Assembly (NCBI GenBank): GCA_041906305.1
Contig: JAYRJL010000005.1
Coordinates: 212,269 to 276,268, forward strand
DNA: 64,000 nucleotides
DNA from: Alphaproteobacteria bacterium
GTDB lineage: Bacteria > Pseudomonadota > Alphaproteobacteria > SHVZ01
Direction of reading: 5' to 3'
The position numbers and the translations under genes are program-made. Positions 47,625 to 56,723 of the stretch are shown piece after piece (the stretch's first letter is position 1; each line of letters begins with the position of its first letter). The notes under the pieces were generated by a model, which was given only the letters and a program-made list of their open reading frames with translations, searched no databases and had not been told where the DNA came from.

Positions 47625-47774
47625 CCCTCCCTCGCGTCGTACGCGGGGGAGGGCAGGGTGGGGGCACTGGCTCGATTGACCGGTTAGTCCAAGTGGTTGC
47701 CGGCGTTCCTGCGACGTCGACCTCGCGCAGGCCCCCATCCCGTCCTTCCTCCGCGTACGACGCGAGGGAAGGGG
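47625..47774. repeat. Composite GC-rich palindromic repeat, copy 3. It is more degenerate than the others.
   Basis: The sequence is CCCTCCCTCGCGTCGTACGCGGGGGAGGGCAGGGTGGGGGC ... GCCCCCATCCCGTCCTTCCTCCGCGTACGACGCGAGGGAAGGGG. Confidence 0.7.
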
Positions 47775-47799
47775 TACGAGGCGGGCGTTCTCGCTCGTC

Positions 47800-49380
47800 C
47801 TACTTCAGGAAGTTCTCGATCACGTTCCGGGTGATCTTCGACACCTTGTCGTCGATGAAGATCGAGGCGTTCCAGGCGATCGAGCCGGCGGAGAAGACCT
47901 TTCCGCCCGACGGCATCTCGTAATAGATCATGTCGGCGCCGCCATTGTCGGGGTTCTCGCCCTTGGCGAGCTGGACCGTGCCCTTAGGCGTCCACGGCGT
48001 GACCTTGTCGGTCTCGTGACCGGAAGCGCCGCCGGGGCAGCGCATGTGCAGGCTCTTCTCGCCGAACAGGTCGCCGTTCTTGAGGCCCGTGCTCGCATAG
48101 ATCCAGTGGCTCGCGTCCTTGACGCGATAGGGGGCGCCGGTCATCGCGCCATCGTAGTCGAAGACGACGCCGAGCAGGTTGGACGGGCACTCGACGCGGT
48201 CGCGGAAGCGCGGCGTGTACTTGCCGGGCTGGCGGAGCCGCCGCGCGTCGCCGTTGTGGCAGACGACGGCGTCGCCCTCGAACGTCACCTCGCAGTCGAT
48301 GCCGTTGCCGCCGAGATAGAGGAGCCGTCCGCCGCGCTCATGCACCCAGGCCTTCACCTTGAAGTACATCTCCTTCGACCAGTACTCGGGATGGGTCGAG
48401 AGGATCAGGATCTTGTAGGCATCCAGGTCGAGCGTGCCCTCGTGCAGCTGGCTCTCGGCCCAGAAGTCGTAGGCGAAGCCCTCGCGCTCGAGCCAGGCGA
48501 GGAAGCGCCACTCGGCCGGCGCGATATGGCAGGCCGAGCGGCCCTCGATGATGTTCTCGGGCTTCTCGTCCTCGGGCACGAAGTTGATCGGCTCCGGCCG
48601 GTCGAAGGACAGCGGCGCGTAGGTCTCGGACTGGTACGTCAGGAAGTTCGTCGCGGTGTAGCGCTGCAGGTCCTGGCGCGAGTTGACCGTCGGCGTCTCG
48701 GGAAGCTTGTCGGTGTTGATGTAGTTCGAGCGCCCGCCGAAGGCGTTGTAGACGTTCCAGGTGATGTTGGAGGCGAGCACCGCGATCTTCGCGGTCGGCT
48801 TCTTCGGCGCCACGATCCACGGGAACGAGAAGAACAGACCCGACTTGGTCGAGGCGTGGAAGTAGTAGAGCCCGCTCTTCTCCGGCGCCGTCGCGGTCGG
48901 CCGGAATCCCGGGCTCGCATAGCCCGTCTTGCTCCACTGCACGCCGGTCTGGGTGTAGTCGCCGTCGGGCGTGATCTGCACCATCGCACGCGGCCCGTGC
49001 TCGTCCCACCAGCCGAGCCCTTCGACGCGCTCCTTCTTCAGGCCGTAGCGCCAGAGCTCCATGTGGAAGGCTTCCGGCGAATGCACGCGGAACTCGGACT
49101 TCTCGCCCGACTGCACGTATTTCGGCCACGGGTACCCGAGGAGCTGGTCGGCGAGCAGACGGAAGTGATGCGGCACGCCGCGCTGCACGGTCATCGTCGT
49201 GCGCTTCGCTCCGAACCCGGCCTTCGACAGCACGACCTCGTACTCGCCGGGCGCGATGTCCGCGTAGACGGCGCCGGAGGCGCGGGACGTCACCGCCTCG
49301 GAGATGCCGTTCCGGATGAACTCGAGCGCGACGCCTTCGATTGCGACATAACGTTCGTCGCTGACATAGCCGACCAGCAT
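47800..49380 (-). CDS. N,N-dimethylformamidase large-subunit-family paralog that lacks the N-terminal domain.
   Basis: The start at MLVGYVSDERYV has a GGAG RBS. The LYLGGNGIDCEV motif is present. The track ORF 47800..50067 extends artifactually into the DMT gene on the opposite strand. Confidence 0.55.
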   Translation of the reverse strand: MLVGYVSDERYVAIEGVALEFIRNGISEAVTSRASGAVYADIAPGEYEVVLSKAGFGAKRTTMTVQRGVPHHFRLLADQLLGYPWPKYVQSGEKSEFRVHSPEAFHMELWRYGLKKERVEGLGWWDEHGPRAMVQITPDGDYTQTGVQWSKTGYASPGFRPTATAPEKSGLYYFHASTKSGLFFSFPWIVAPKKPTAKIAVLASNITWNVYNAFGGRSNYINTDKLPETPTVNSRQDLQRYTATNFLTYQSETYAPLSFDRPEPINFVPEDEKPENIIEGRSACHIAPAEWRFLAWLEREGFAYDFWAESQLHEGTLDLDAYKILILSTHPEYWSKEMYFKVKAWVHERGGRLLYLGGNGIDCEVTFEGDAVVCHNGDARRLRQPGKYTPRFRDRVECPSNLLGVVFDYDGAMTGAPYRVKDASHWIYASTGLKNGDLFGEKSLHMRCPGGASGHETDKVTPWTPKGTVQLAKGENPDNGGADMIYYEMPSGGKVFSAGSIAWNASIFIDDKVSKITRNVIENFLK

Positions 49381-49382
49381 GG

Positions 49383-50366
49383 TCACTCCTTGGGCTTTCG
49401 ATAGAGAACGAGGACGAGCGAGACGATGACGAGGCTCAGCGACGCGATCTCGCGCCAGCCGACCGGCTCGCCGAGCAGCATCGCGCCGGAGAGCACGCCC
49501 AGCACCGGCGTCGCCAGGGTCGCGATCGAGGCGATCGTCGCCGGTAGCACCTCGACCAGGCGGAACCAGGCCCAGTAGCCGAAACAGACCGGAATCGTCG
49601 AGGCATAGAGCGCACCGGCAACCACCGGCCAGGTCAGCGTCGAGAAGTCGGGCGGGGTCTCGAGCATCGCGCCGGCGAGCTGCACCGGGAACGCGAAGAC
49701 GAAGAACCAGGCGGTCGCCACCATCGTCGGCATCGGCAGCTTGATGTATTTGAGCTGGATCGTGCCGAGCGCCCAGGAGAGCGCCGCGCACAGCATCAGC
49801 CCGATGCCGAGAAGCTGACGGTCGCCGCGATGGAGGAAGTCGTCGGGCAGCAGCAGCGCCATGCCGCCGGTGCCGAGCAGGAGGGCCGCCATCACGCGCG
49901 GGCTGATCTTCTCGCCGAGAACCGGGATCGACAGCAGCGCCGTCATCAGCGGCATCGTGTAGGCGATGATCGCGCCGCGGCCGGACTCGATGTACTGCAG
50001 GCTCATCGCCGAGAACACCTGCCAGCCGGCGACATTGAGCACGCCGGCCAGCGCCAGCTTCCACCACAGGCCCGGCGGCGGTCTTATGTCGCGGCCGCTG
50101 GCCTTGGCGATCGTGAACAGCGCGACCATGCCGAAGGCGGCGCAGAAGGCGCGGAACTGCCAGGGCGGGAAACCCTGCACCGCCAGCCTCATCGCCGGCC
50201 AGTTGAGGCCCCAGACGATGGTCAGGAAGAAAAGCACCACCAGCGCGTGACGGGTGGAGGCACCTTGCGGCGCGAGGGAGGAAGAAGTCATGAAGCCGGG
50301 CGGAGGAATGGGAGGCCGTAAGACGCGCCTCGGGGTGATTTCCGTCAACCGAATTGTACTGCTCAT
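49383..50366 (-). CDS. EamA/DMT-family transporter. The start is uncertain (50366, or 50291 at MTSSS).
   Basis: It has 10 TM segments and duplicated EamA domains. The upstream repeat element supplies a GGGAGGG Shine-Dalgarno for the 50366 start. Confidence 0.8.
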   Translation of the reverse strand: MSSTIRLTEITPRRVLRPPIPPPGFMTSSSLAPQGASTRHALVVLFFLTIVWGLNWPAMRLAVQGFPPWQFRAFCAAFGMVALFTIAKASGRDIRPPPGLWWKLALAGVLNVAGWQVFSAMSLQYIESGRGAIIAYTMPLMTALLSIPVLGEKISPRVMAALLLGTGGMALLLPDDFLHRGDRQLLGIGLMLCAALSWALGTIQLKYIKLPMPTMVATAWFFVFAFPVQLAGAMLETPPDFSTLTWPVVAGALYASTIPVCFGYWAWFRLVEVLPATIASIATLATPVLGVLSGAMLLGEPVGWREIASLSLVIVSLVLVLYRKPKE

Positions 50367-50387
50367 CGGAACCCTCCCGCGAACGCG

Positions 50388-50545
50388 CCTCGAGTCCCCT
50401 CCCTCGCCGGAGGCGGGGGAGGGCTAGGGTGGGGGCAAGACTCGGTGGCGCGATCGGTCGAGACGGCAGCCGCCGCGACTCCGACGTGCCACCTCGCGCG
50501 GGCCCCCCACCCCGACCCTCCCCCGCGTATGACGCGAGGGAGGGG
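50388..50545. repeat. Composite GC-rich palindromic repeat, copy 4.
   Basis: The sequence is CCCCTCCCTCGCCGGAGGCGGGGGAGGGCTAGGGTGGGGGC ... GCCCCCCACCCCGACCCTCCCCCGCGTATGACGCGAGGGAGGGGG. Confidence 0.8.
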
Positions 50546-50623
50546 GTAAGAAGCGTGTTCCTCTGCGATCTCCGCGAGGTTTCGTTCTCGATTTATCCCC
50601 GCTGCCGCTATGATCGCCGCCTC

Positions 50624-53380
50624 ATGACTTTGCCCAGCCCAACCGCCGCGCCCTTGCCGCGCCGGATCCTGCTTCCGGAAGCGCCGGCGATGGTGCTGAA
50701 GGCGATGGGCGCGGTCTGGCTGAACCCCGAGGGCGACGTCGAGACGATCGGCCGGAGCGAGGCGATCCGCCGCTTCGAGTCGGGCCAGCGCCCCTTTCTC
50801 TGCCATGGCCGCGCGATCGGCCGCCGGCTCGGCCAGGCGATCGCCGGGCACGACGTCATGGAGCTGTTCGCCTTCGTCCGTCCCGCGCGCTTCGCCCCGC
50901 CGACGCCGCGCGGGCTCGCCGAGGCGATGGGGCTGGATGCGCCCGAGACAGCGGAAGCCGAGGCCGCTTCGCTCTATGCGATCGCGCGTGCGCTGATGAC
51001 CGAGCTCGCCGACGATCGCGACGCCGAGACCGCGGCGGTCGCCAAGGTGATGGCGGCGGCCGGATGGTCTTGGGGCCCGGCGGTGCTGGCCGCCCTCGGC
51101 ATCGATCCGTCGGAGCGCGCGCATACGGCGGCGCTCGAAGCCTGGCGCCGCCTGCCGGAGTGGCAGGAGCACGCGCCGCCGGCGCCGCCGGGGAGCGAGC
51201 CGGTCGACCCGATGGAGGCACGCGCGCGGCTCGCCCGACTGCTGGGCGATCGTTCCGAGCCGCGACCTTCGCAGGCGGACTACGCGTCCGCGGTCTCCGC
51301 CGCCTTCCTGCCGCGCGAACGCGAGGACGAGCCACGGATGGTGCTGGCCGAGGCCGGCACCGGCGTCGGCAAGACTCTCGGCTACGTCGCGCCGTCGAGC
51401 GTCTGGGCCGAGAAGAACGAGGGCTCGGTCTGGTTCTCCACATACACGCGGAACCTGCAGCACCAGATCGACGGCGAGCTCGATCGCCTTTATCCGATCC
51501 CGTCGGAGAAGGCGCTCAATGTCGTCATCCGCAAGGGCCGCGAGAACTATCTCTGCCTGCTGAACTTCGAGGAGGCGATCCGCAACCTCCGCGCCAATCC
51601 GGACAACTCCGTCGCGCTCGGGCTTCTCGCGCGCTGGGCGGCGGCGACGCGCGATGGCGACATGGTCGGCGGCGACTTCCCGGGCTGGCTCGCCGATCTC
51701 GTCGGCCGCGGCCGCGCCATGGGGCTCACCGACCGCCGTGGCGAATGCGTCTACTCGGCGTGCACGCATTACCAGAAATGCTTCATCGAACGCGCGCAGC
51801 GACGCTCGCGCCGCGCCCGCCTCGTCGTCGCCAACCACGCGCTGGTGATGAGCCTCGCCGCCGCCGGCGGCATGGCGGAGGGCGCGCTCTCGCATCGCCT
51901 CGTCTTCGACGAAGGCCATCACGTCTTCGATGCGGCGGACTCGGCGTTCTCGCTGGCGCTGTCGGGACTGGAGGCGGTCGAGCTCAAGCGCTGGGTGCGC
52001 GGGCCCGAAGGCAGCCGGCGTGCGCGCGGCCGCGGCCTGCAGCGGCGCGTCGAAGATCTCGTCGTCGAGGACGAGGAAGGAAAGCAGGCGCTCGACCAGG
52101 CGCTGGAAGCGGCGCGCGTGCTGCCGTCGGAAGGCTGGCTGACCCGCATCGCCGAGAACCAGCCGAACGGCGTGTGCGAGAAGTTCCTCACGCTCTGCCG
52201 CCAGCAGGTCTTCGCGCGCGCCACCGAGACCGAGAACGCCTATGGCATCGAGGCCGATGCCCAGCCGCCGATCGAGGGACTGGTCGCGGCGGCGGCGCAT
52301 CTCAAGCGCGCGATGCAGGAGTTGCGTCGGCCGCTCGCCAAGCTGCGCGATCGACTGAAGGCGCGGCTCGACGACGAGGCGGAGGAGCTCGAGACCGCGA
52401 TGCGGCTTCGCCTGGAAGCAATGGCGCGCACCATCGACCGCCGCATCCAGGGCCTGATCGACGGCTGGATCTCGATGCTGGAGTCGCTGGCGGCGCCGAC
52501 GCCGGCAGAGTTCGTCGACTGGCTGCAGGTCGACCGCATCGAGGGCCGCGACATCGATGTCGGCCTGCATCGCCACTGGGTCGATCCCACGGTGCCGTTC
52601 ACCGAGACGGTGCTGAAGCCGGCGCACGGCGTCGTCGTCACCTCGGCGACGCTGCGCGACGCGACCGGGCTCGTCGAGCTCGACTGGGCGGCGGCCGAGT
52701 CGATCTCGGGCGCGCGTCACCTTCCGGCGCCGGCGATCATGCGCGCGGCGGTGGCCTCGCCCTTCGACTATCCGAAGCAGACGCGGATCTACGTCGTCAC
52801 CGACGTCGACAAGCGCGACCTGGCGCAGGTTGCCTCCGCCTATCGCGAGCTGTTCCTGGCCTCGGGCGGCGGCGCGCTCGGCCTCTTCACCGCGATCAGG
52901 CGCTTGCGGGAGGTGCACCAGCGGATCGCGCCGCCGCTCGAGGAAGCCGGATTGTCGCTCTACGCCCAGCATGTCGACGGGCTCGACACCGCGACCCTGA
53001 TCGACATCTTCCGCGCCGAGCACGAGAGCTGCCTGCTCGGCACGGACGCGGTCCGCGACGGCGTCGACGTGCCTGGCCGGTCCCTCCGGCTCATCGTCTT
53101 CGACCGCGTGCCGTGGCCGCGCCCCGACATCTTGCACCGGGCCCGCCGGAAGGCCTTCGGCGACAAGGCCTATGACGAACGGGTCACCCGCTTCCGTCTC
53201 AAACAGGCCTTCGGCCGGCTGATCCGCCGGGCCGACGATATCGGGGTTTTCGTCATGCTGGACAAGGCTTTACCCAGCCGGCTGGCGGCCGCTTTCCCCG
53301 ACGGCGTCGAGGTCCAGCGGATCGGTCTGGCCGAGGCGGTCAAGGGAACCCGGGAGTTCCTCAGCATAGCCCCGGCGTAG
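50624..53380 (+). CDS. dinG: DinG/Rad3-family ATP-dependent DNA helicase (Fe-S helicase).
   Basis: Walker A is LAEAGTGVGKT. The four-Cys Fe-S module is C...C...C...C (NYLCLL...ECVYSACTHYQKCF). The DEGHH box and C-terminal helicase motifs are present. The product is 918 aa. Confidence 0.8.
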   Translation: MTLPSPTAAPLPRRILLPEAPAMVLKAMGAVWLNPEGDVETIGRSEAIRRFESGQRPFLCHGRAIGRRLGQAIAGHDVMELFAFVRPARFAPPTPRGLAEAMGLDAPETAEAEAASLYAIARALMTELADDRDAETAAVAKVMAAAGWSWGPAVLAALGIDPSERAHTAALEAWRRLPEWQEHAPPAPPGSEPVDPMEARARLARLLGDRSEPRPSQADYASAVSAAFLPREREDEPRMVLAEAGTGVGKTLGYVAPSSVWAEKNEGSVWFSTYTRNLQHQIDGELDRLYPIPSEKALNVVIRKGRENYLCLLNFEEAIRNLRANPDNSVALGLLARWAAATRDGDMVGGDFPGWLADLVGRGRAMGLTDRRGECVYSACTHYQKCFIERAQRRSRRARLVVANHALVMSLAAAGGMAEGALSHRLVFDEGHHVFDAADSAFSLALSGLEAVELKRWVRGPEGSRRARGRGLQRRVEDLVVEDEEGKQALDQALEAARVLPSEGWLTRIAENQPNGVCEKFLTLCRQQVFARATETENAYGIEADAQPPIEGLVAAAAHLKRAMQELRRPLAKLRDRLKARLDDEAEELETAMRLRLEAMARTIDRRIQGLIDGWISMLESLAAPTPAEFVDWLQVDRIEGRDIDVGLHRHWVDPTVPFTETVLKPAHGVVVTSATLRDATGLVELDWAAAESISGARHLPAPAIMRAAVASPFDYPKQTRIYVVTDVDKRDLAQVASAYRELFLASGGGALGLFTAIRRLREVHQRIAPPLEEAGLSLYAQHVDGLDTATLIDIFRAEHESCLLGTDAVRDGVDVPGRSLRLIVFDRVPWPRPDILHRARRKAFGDKAYDERVTRFRLKQAFGRLIRRADDIGVFVMLDKALPSRLAAAFPDGVEVQRIGLAEAVKGTREFLSIAPA

Positions 53381-53484
53381 CCGCTGTTTTGACAGGAGTC
53401 TCCCGGCTCGCTAGCATTTCTCGTTGGTAGAACGCCTTTCCCGGCGGCCGCCTTTGCGGTCGCGGGCCGAAGAGGGTGCCTGAA

Positions 53485-54348
53485 ATGGCGCTGGAAATCG
53501 GCCAAGTCGCAGGCGGATTCGGGGTCTTCTCGGTCCGCAGGGGAAACCAGGCCCCGGGCGACGCGGTCGCACCCATCGGGACGGAAGACGCGGCTCCTCA
53601 GCAGGAGCAGGCCCCGCCTTTGACCGGCGTCGTGGGCGTGCGGCCCGTTTCCGGCCAGGCGATCCAGACCCTCCAGGGCACAGACCCCAGCGCCGATACC
53701 GGTGAAGAGGGCAAAGACTCCAAGCAGGACGGCGAGCTCACCGAGGACGAGGAAAAGGTCGTCCGCGAGCTGAAGCAGCGCGACCAGGAGGTCCGCCGCC
53801 ACGAGGCCGCGCATGCGGCGGCGGGCGGCAGCTTCGCAGGCTCGCCGACCTTCACCTACGAGTCCGGCCCGGACGGCCAGCGCTATGCCGTCGGCGGCGA
53901 GGTCTCGATCGACGCGAGCCCCGGGCGCACGCCGGAAGAGACGATCCGCAAGGCCGACCAGATCCGCGCCGCGGCGCTGGCGCCGGCCGACCCGTCGGGC
54001 CAGGACCGCGCGGTCGCCGCCGCCGCCGCCAAGATGAAGCTCGACGCCCAGGGCGAAGCGGCGAAGCAGCGCCAGGAAGAGTTCGAGGCGAAGCAGGCCG
54101 AAGGCAAGTCCGAGCCGGCGCTGCCCGGCCAGAAGAAGCCGGAAGAGACGGCGCCCGAGATCGTCGGGCCGAAGCCGATCGGGCAGAAGGACGAAGAGAA
54201 GGGCGCGCCGGGTGCGACCTCCGCGGGCAACGAGCCCTTGGCAACCGACGGCCGACTCGCCGCTGCCGCCAACGCCTACGGCCGCGTCGATGCCTCCGTC
54301 ACGCGCTCGAACCGCACCGCTGCCAACGCGCTGAGCCTGGTGGCGTAA
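53485..54348 (+). CDS. SprA-related family putative metalloprotease.
   Basis: The sequence RRHEAAHAAAGGSFAGSPTFTYESGPDGQRYAVGGEVSIDASPGRTPEETIRKADQIRAAALAPADPSGQD matches the family, and an AGAGGG RBS is present. The family assignment is from memory. Confidence 0.5.
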   Translation: MALEIGQVAGGFGVFSVRRGNQAPGDAVAPIGTEDAAPQQEQAPPLTGVVGVRPVSGQAIQTLQGTDPSADTGEEGKDSKQDGELTEDEEKVVRELKQRDQEVRRHEAAHAAAGGSFAGSPTFTYESGPDGQRYAVGGEVSIDASPGRTPEETIRKADQIRAAALAPADPSGQDRAVAAAAAKMKLDAQGEAAKQRQEEFEAKQAEGKSEPALPGQKKPEETAPEIVGPKPIGQKDEEKGAPGATSAGNEPLATDGRLAAAANAYGRVDASVTRSNRTAANALSLVA

Positions 54349-54378
54349 GGCCTCATTAGGGCGCGAGGCGCCTCGTAT

Positions 54379-54842
54379 CCCCTCACCCCGCGGAGCGTGG
54401 GGGAGGGTTAGGGTGGGGGGCGAGACTCGCTTGCACCACCCAACGCCGCAGCAATCTTCTCCATCACGCCATCGAGGTTCTCCAGAACCTCGTTGTTCCA
54501 GAAGCGCAGGACGCTGAAGCCTTCGCTTGCCAGCCACCGCGTCCGTTGCTCGTCATAGGCGGATTGTCCTGCGTGCTGGCCGCCATCGAGCTCGATCACG
54601 ACTTTCGGGTCGAAGCAGGCGAAGTCGGCGATGTAGCGCCCGATGACAGCCTGTCTGCGAAAACGTGCGCCGCGGATCTGTCCGTTGCGGAGGCGCTGCC
54701 AGAGCGTGCGCTCGGCGTCGGTCATGTTCCGGCGGAGAGAGCGGGCGTTCGGAGTGAGAGGCGAGGACTTGTCGGGCACCCCCCACCCTAACCCTCCCCC
54801 ACGCTCCGCGGGGGGAGGGGATAAGAGATGACGTTGTCTTAC
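54379..54842. mobile_element. Candidate small mobile element. A DUF559 endonuclease gene lies between about 43-bp terminal inverted repeats that belong to the same GC-rich repeat family.
   Basis: The left end is CCCCTCACCCCGCGGAGCGTGGGGGAGGGTTAGGGTGGGGGG. The right end, CCCCCCACCCTAACCCTCCCCCACGCTCCGCGGGGGGAGGGGA, is its reverse complement. The cargo is the DUF559 ORF. Confidence 0.5.
54408..54725 (-). CDS. DUF559 (Vsr-like endonuclease-fold) domain protein.
   Basis: The sequence MTDAERTLWQRLRNGQIRGARFRRQAVIGRYIADFACFDPKVVIELDGGQHAG...RTRWLASEGFSVLRFWNNEV matches DUF559. The track ORF extends 5' through the inverted repeat, so the true start was set at M151. Confidence 0.7.
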   Translation of the reverse strand: MTDAERTLWQRLRNGQIRGARFRRQAVIGRYIADFACFDPKVVIELDGGQHAGQSAYDEQRTRWLASEGFSVLRFWNNEVLENLDGVMEKIAAALGGASESRPPP

Positions 54843-54847
54843 GTCCC

Positions 54848-55336
54848 CTACTTCACCACTTCGTCCGGGTACGCGCCGAAGAACTCGGTGCGCTTGAGCC
54901 AGCCCTTGTAGCCGCCGATCTCGGCGCGGCACCAGGCTTCGCGGCATTCCATCAGGCGGCCGACCAGGCCGGGCTCGACCATGGCGATGGCGTCGGCGTC
55001 GTCCTTGCGGTCGCTCCGGAGCTTCCGGGTCTCGCCGGTGATCAGCAGCGTGCGGCGGCCGGTGAGGAAGCTCGACTGCACCCAGCCGACCGAGCCCTGG
55101 AAGTCGCGGATGCGCCGCCAGGTGTCGAATTCCTGGATCACCTCGACCGGCATCGCGCGCTTGGTCAGCACCCACTCGATCGGATAGCGGGTGCCGGGGC
55201 CGGTCCTGAGGTTGATCTCGCCCGAGCGCAGCGAAACGAAGCGCGGCACCGGCAGGCCGCTCTCGTTGGCGGCGTCCGCAGGGAAAGAACCCGTGGCGAG
55301 GAGGAGGATCAGGAGGACGGCGAGACGACGCAGCAT
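54848..55336 (-). CDS. Secreted bacterial SH3-domain protein.
   Basis: It has a signal peptide (MLRRLAVLLILLLATGSFPADA). The SH3b-like motifs are PRFVSLRSGEINLRTGPGTRYPIEWVL and WCRAEIGGYKGWL. Confidence 0.7.
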   Translation of the reverse strand: MLRRLAVLLILLLATGSFPADAANESGLPVPRFVSLRSGEINLRTGPGTRYPIEWVLTKRAMPVEVIQEFDTWRRIRDFQGSVGWVQSSFLTGRRTLLITGETRKLRSDRKDDADAIAMVEPGLVGRLMECREAWCRAEIGGYKGWLKRTEFFGAYPDEVVK

Positions 55337-55489
55337 GCCGGTCCGGAACGAGCCTTGAGGAATGACCCTGTTTAGGTGCGGAGTGCCTTCCGGGTCAAGG
55401 ATTTGCGCCCCGTCCGTCGGGGATTTGCGGCTGGAAACCGGGTTATGCCGGGCTATAGTCGAGCGGTGACACCTAAACGCGGGGAATGA

Positions 55490-56230
55490 GTGGGCGTCTG
55501 GGAGGATCTGGCGCGGGAACTCGACGCCTGGGGGATGGCCGAGCGGCGGGCGACGCTGTGGTGGCGCGACGACGACGCCGTGGCGCCGACCCAGGCGCTG
55601 GCGCGCCTGAACGACCTCGGCCGGGCCCACGACGTGGTCCCGGCGCTGGCGGTGGTGCCGAAGTCCGCCGAAGCGTCCTTGCCGGGGGCGGTCCTCCTCC
55701 AGCACGGCTACGCGCATACCAACCACGGCATCGCCAAGAAGGCCGAGCTCGGTTCCGACCGGCCGGCGGCGGCGGTCGCCGACGAGCTGAAGGCCGGCCG
55801 CAGGCGGCTCCTCGATCTCTTCGCCGAGCGCGTGCTGCCGGTGCTGGCGCCGCCCTGGAACCGCATCGCGCCCGACGTCGTGGTGCTGCTGCCGGGTCTC
55901 GGATTTCGCGGGCTCTCGACCTACCAGCCGCGCGCGCAGGCGGAAGCCGCGCCGGGGTTGACGCAGGTCAACACGCATGCCGACATCATCGACTGGCGCG
56001 AGCGGCGCTTCATCGGCGACGAATTCGCCTGCGGCGCGGTCATCCGCCACCTGATCGATCGCCGACTCGGCCGCGTCGATCCGGTCGAGCCGACCGGAAT
56101 CCTGACGCATCATCTCGTCCACGACGCGCCGGCCTGGCGCTTCCTCGAGCGCCTGCTGAAGCTCACGCGCGCTCATCCCGCCATCCGCTGGCTGACGCCG
56201 GCCCAAGCTTTCGGACTTACGCCCGCATGA
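55490..56230 (+). CDS. Hypothetical protein, possibly polysaccharide-deacetylase-like.
   Basis: A 246-aa ORF with coding bias. The family is uncertain. Confidence 0.45.
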   Translation: MGVWEDLARELDAWGMAERRATLWWRDDDAVAPTQALARLNDLGRAHDVVPALAVVPKSAEASLPGAVLLQHGYAHTNHGIAKKAELGSDRPAAAVADELKAGRRRLLDLFAERVLPVLAPPWNRIAPDVVVLLPGLGFRGLSTYQPRAQAEAAPGLTQVNTHADIIDWRERRFIGDEFACGAVIRHLIDRRLGRVDPVEPTGILTHHLVHDAPAWRFLERLLKLTRAHPAIRWLTPAQAFGLTPA

Positions 56231-56715
56231 CCGTGCATACCTATCCGACCAAGGCAATGATGGGAGACTATCTCCGCGCCGCTTTCGGCCTGGCCCTCAC
56301 CGGCACGCCGATCCTGCTGTCGCCGCCGGGATCGGCGGCGATGTACATCCTTGGACCGCTCGCCCTGCTGTTCGCGATCTTCGGCGCGCGCACCTGGCTG
56401 CGCCACCGCACCACGGTCGAGGTCGACGACCTCAAGGTCGCCATGCGCGGGCTGTGGAGAAGCGAGCTCGCTTGGTCCGACCTGCAGGAAGTGAAGCTCA
56501 ACTACTATTCGACCAAGCGCGACCGCAGCCAGGGCTGGATGCAGCTCGCGCTGCGCGGGCCGAAGGGGCGGCTGCGCTTCGACTCGACGCTCGACGGCTT
56601 CCCGGAGGTCGCGCGCCGCGCCTACCAGACCGCGCGCGCCAAGGGCCTGGAACTCCCAGAGGCCTCGATCTCGAACTTCGCCGCGCTCGGCTTCGAGCCG
56701 CCGAAGTCGCACTGA
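56227..56715 (+). CDS. Hypothetical membrane protein of 162 aa.
   Basis: An ATGA overlap links it to the upstream gene. It has two TM helices and no recognised family. Confidence 0.45.
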   Translation: MTVHTYPTKAMMGDYLRAAFGLALTGTPILLSPPGSAAMYILGPLALLFAIFGARTWLRHRTTVEVDDLKVAMRGLWRSELAWSDLQEVKLNYYSTKRDRSQGWMQLALRGPKGRLRFDSTLDGFPEVARRAYQTARAKGLELPEASISNFAALGFEPPKSH

Positions 56716-56723
56716 CCCTTCCC

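Noticed and set aside
50363-53137. A 924-aa minus-strand ORF antisense to the DinG helicase. The same applies to 58571..61453 (960 aa), 21976..24216 (746 aa), 15665..17173, 17202..19004, 38047..39990, 44418..46250, 48016..49404 and 2067..3734.
   Set aside because: All are mirror-strand or out-of-frame ORFs with R/A/G/P-rich translations and no domains. The opposite-strand genes carry clear family signatures.
55360-55490. The inverted 9-mers GTTTAGGTG / CACCTAAAC about 88 bp apart, and the direct repeat GGATTTGCG, in the divergent SH3 / hypothetical promoter region.
   Set aside because: These are short motifs and plausibly chance. There is no supporting recurrence elsewhere in the window.
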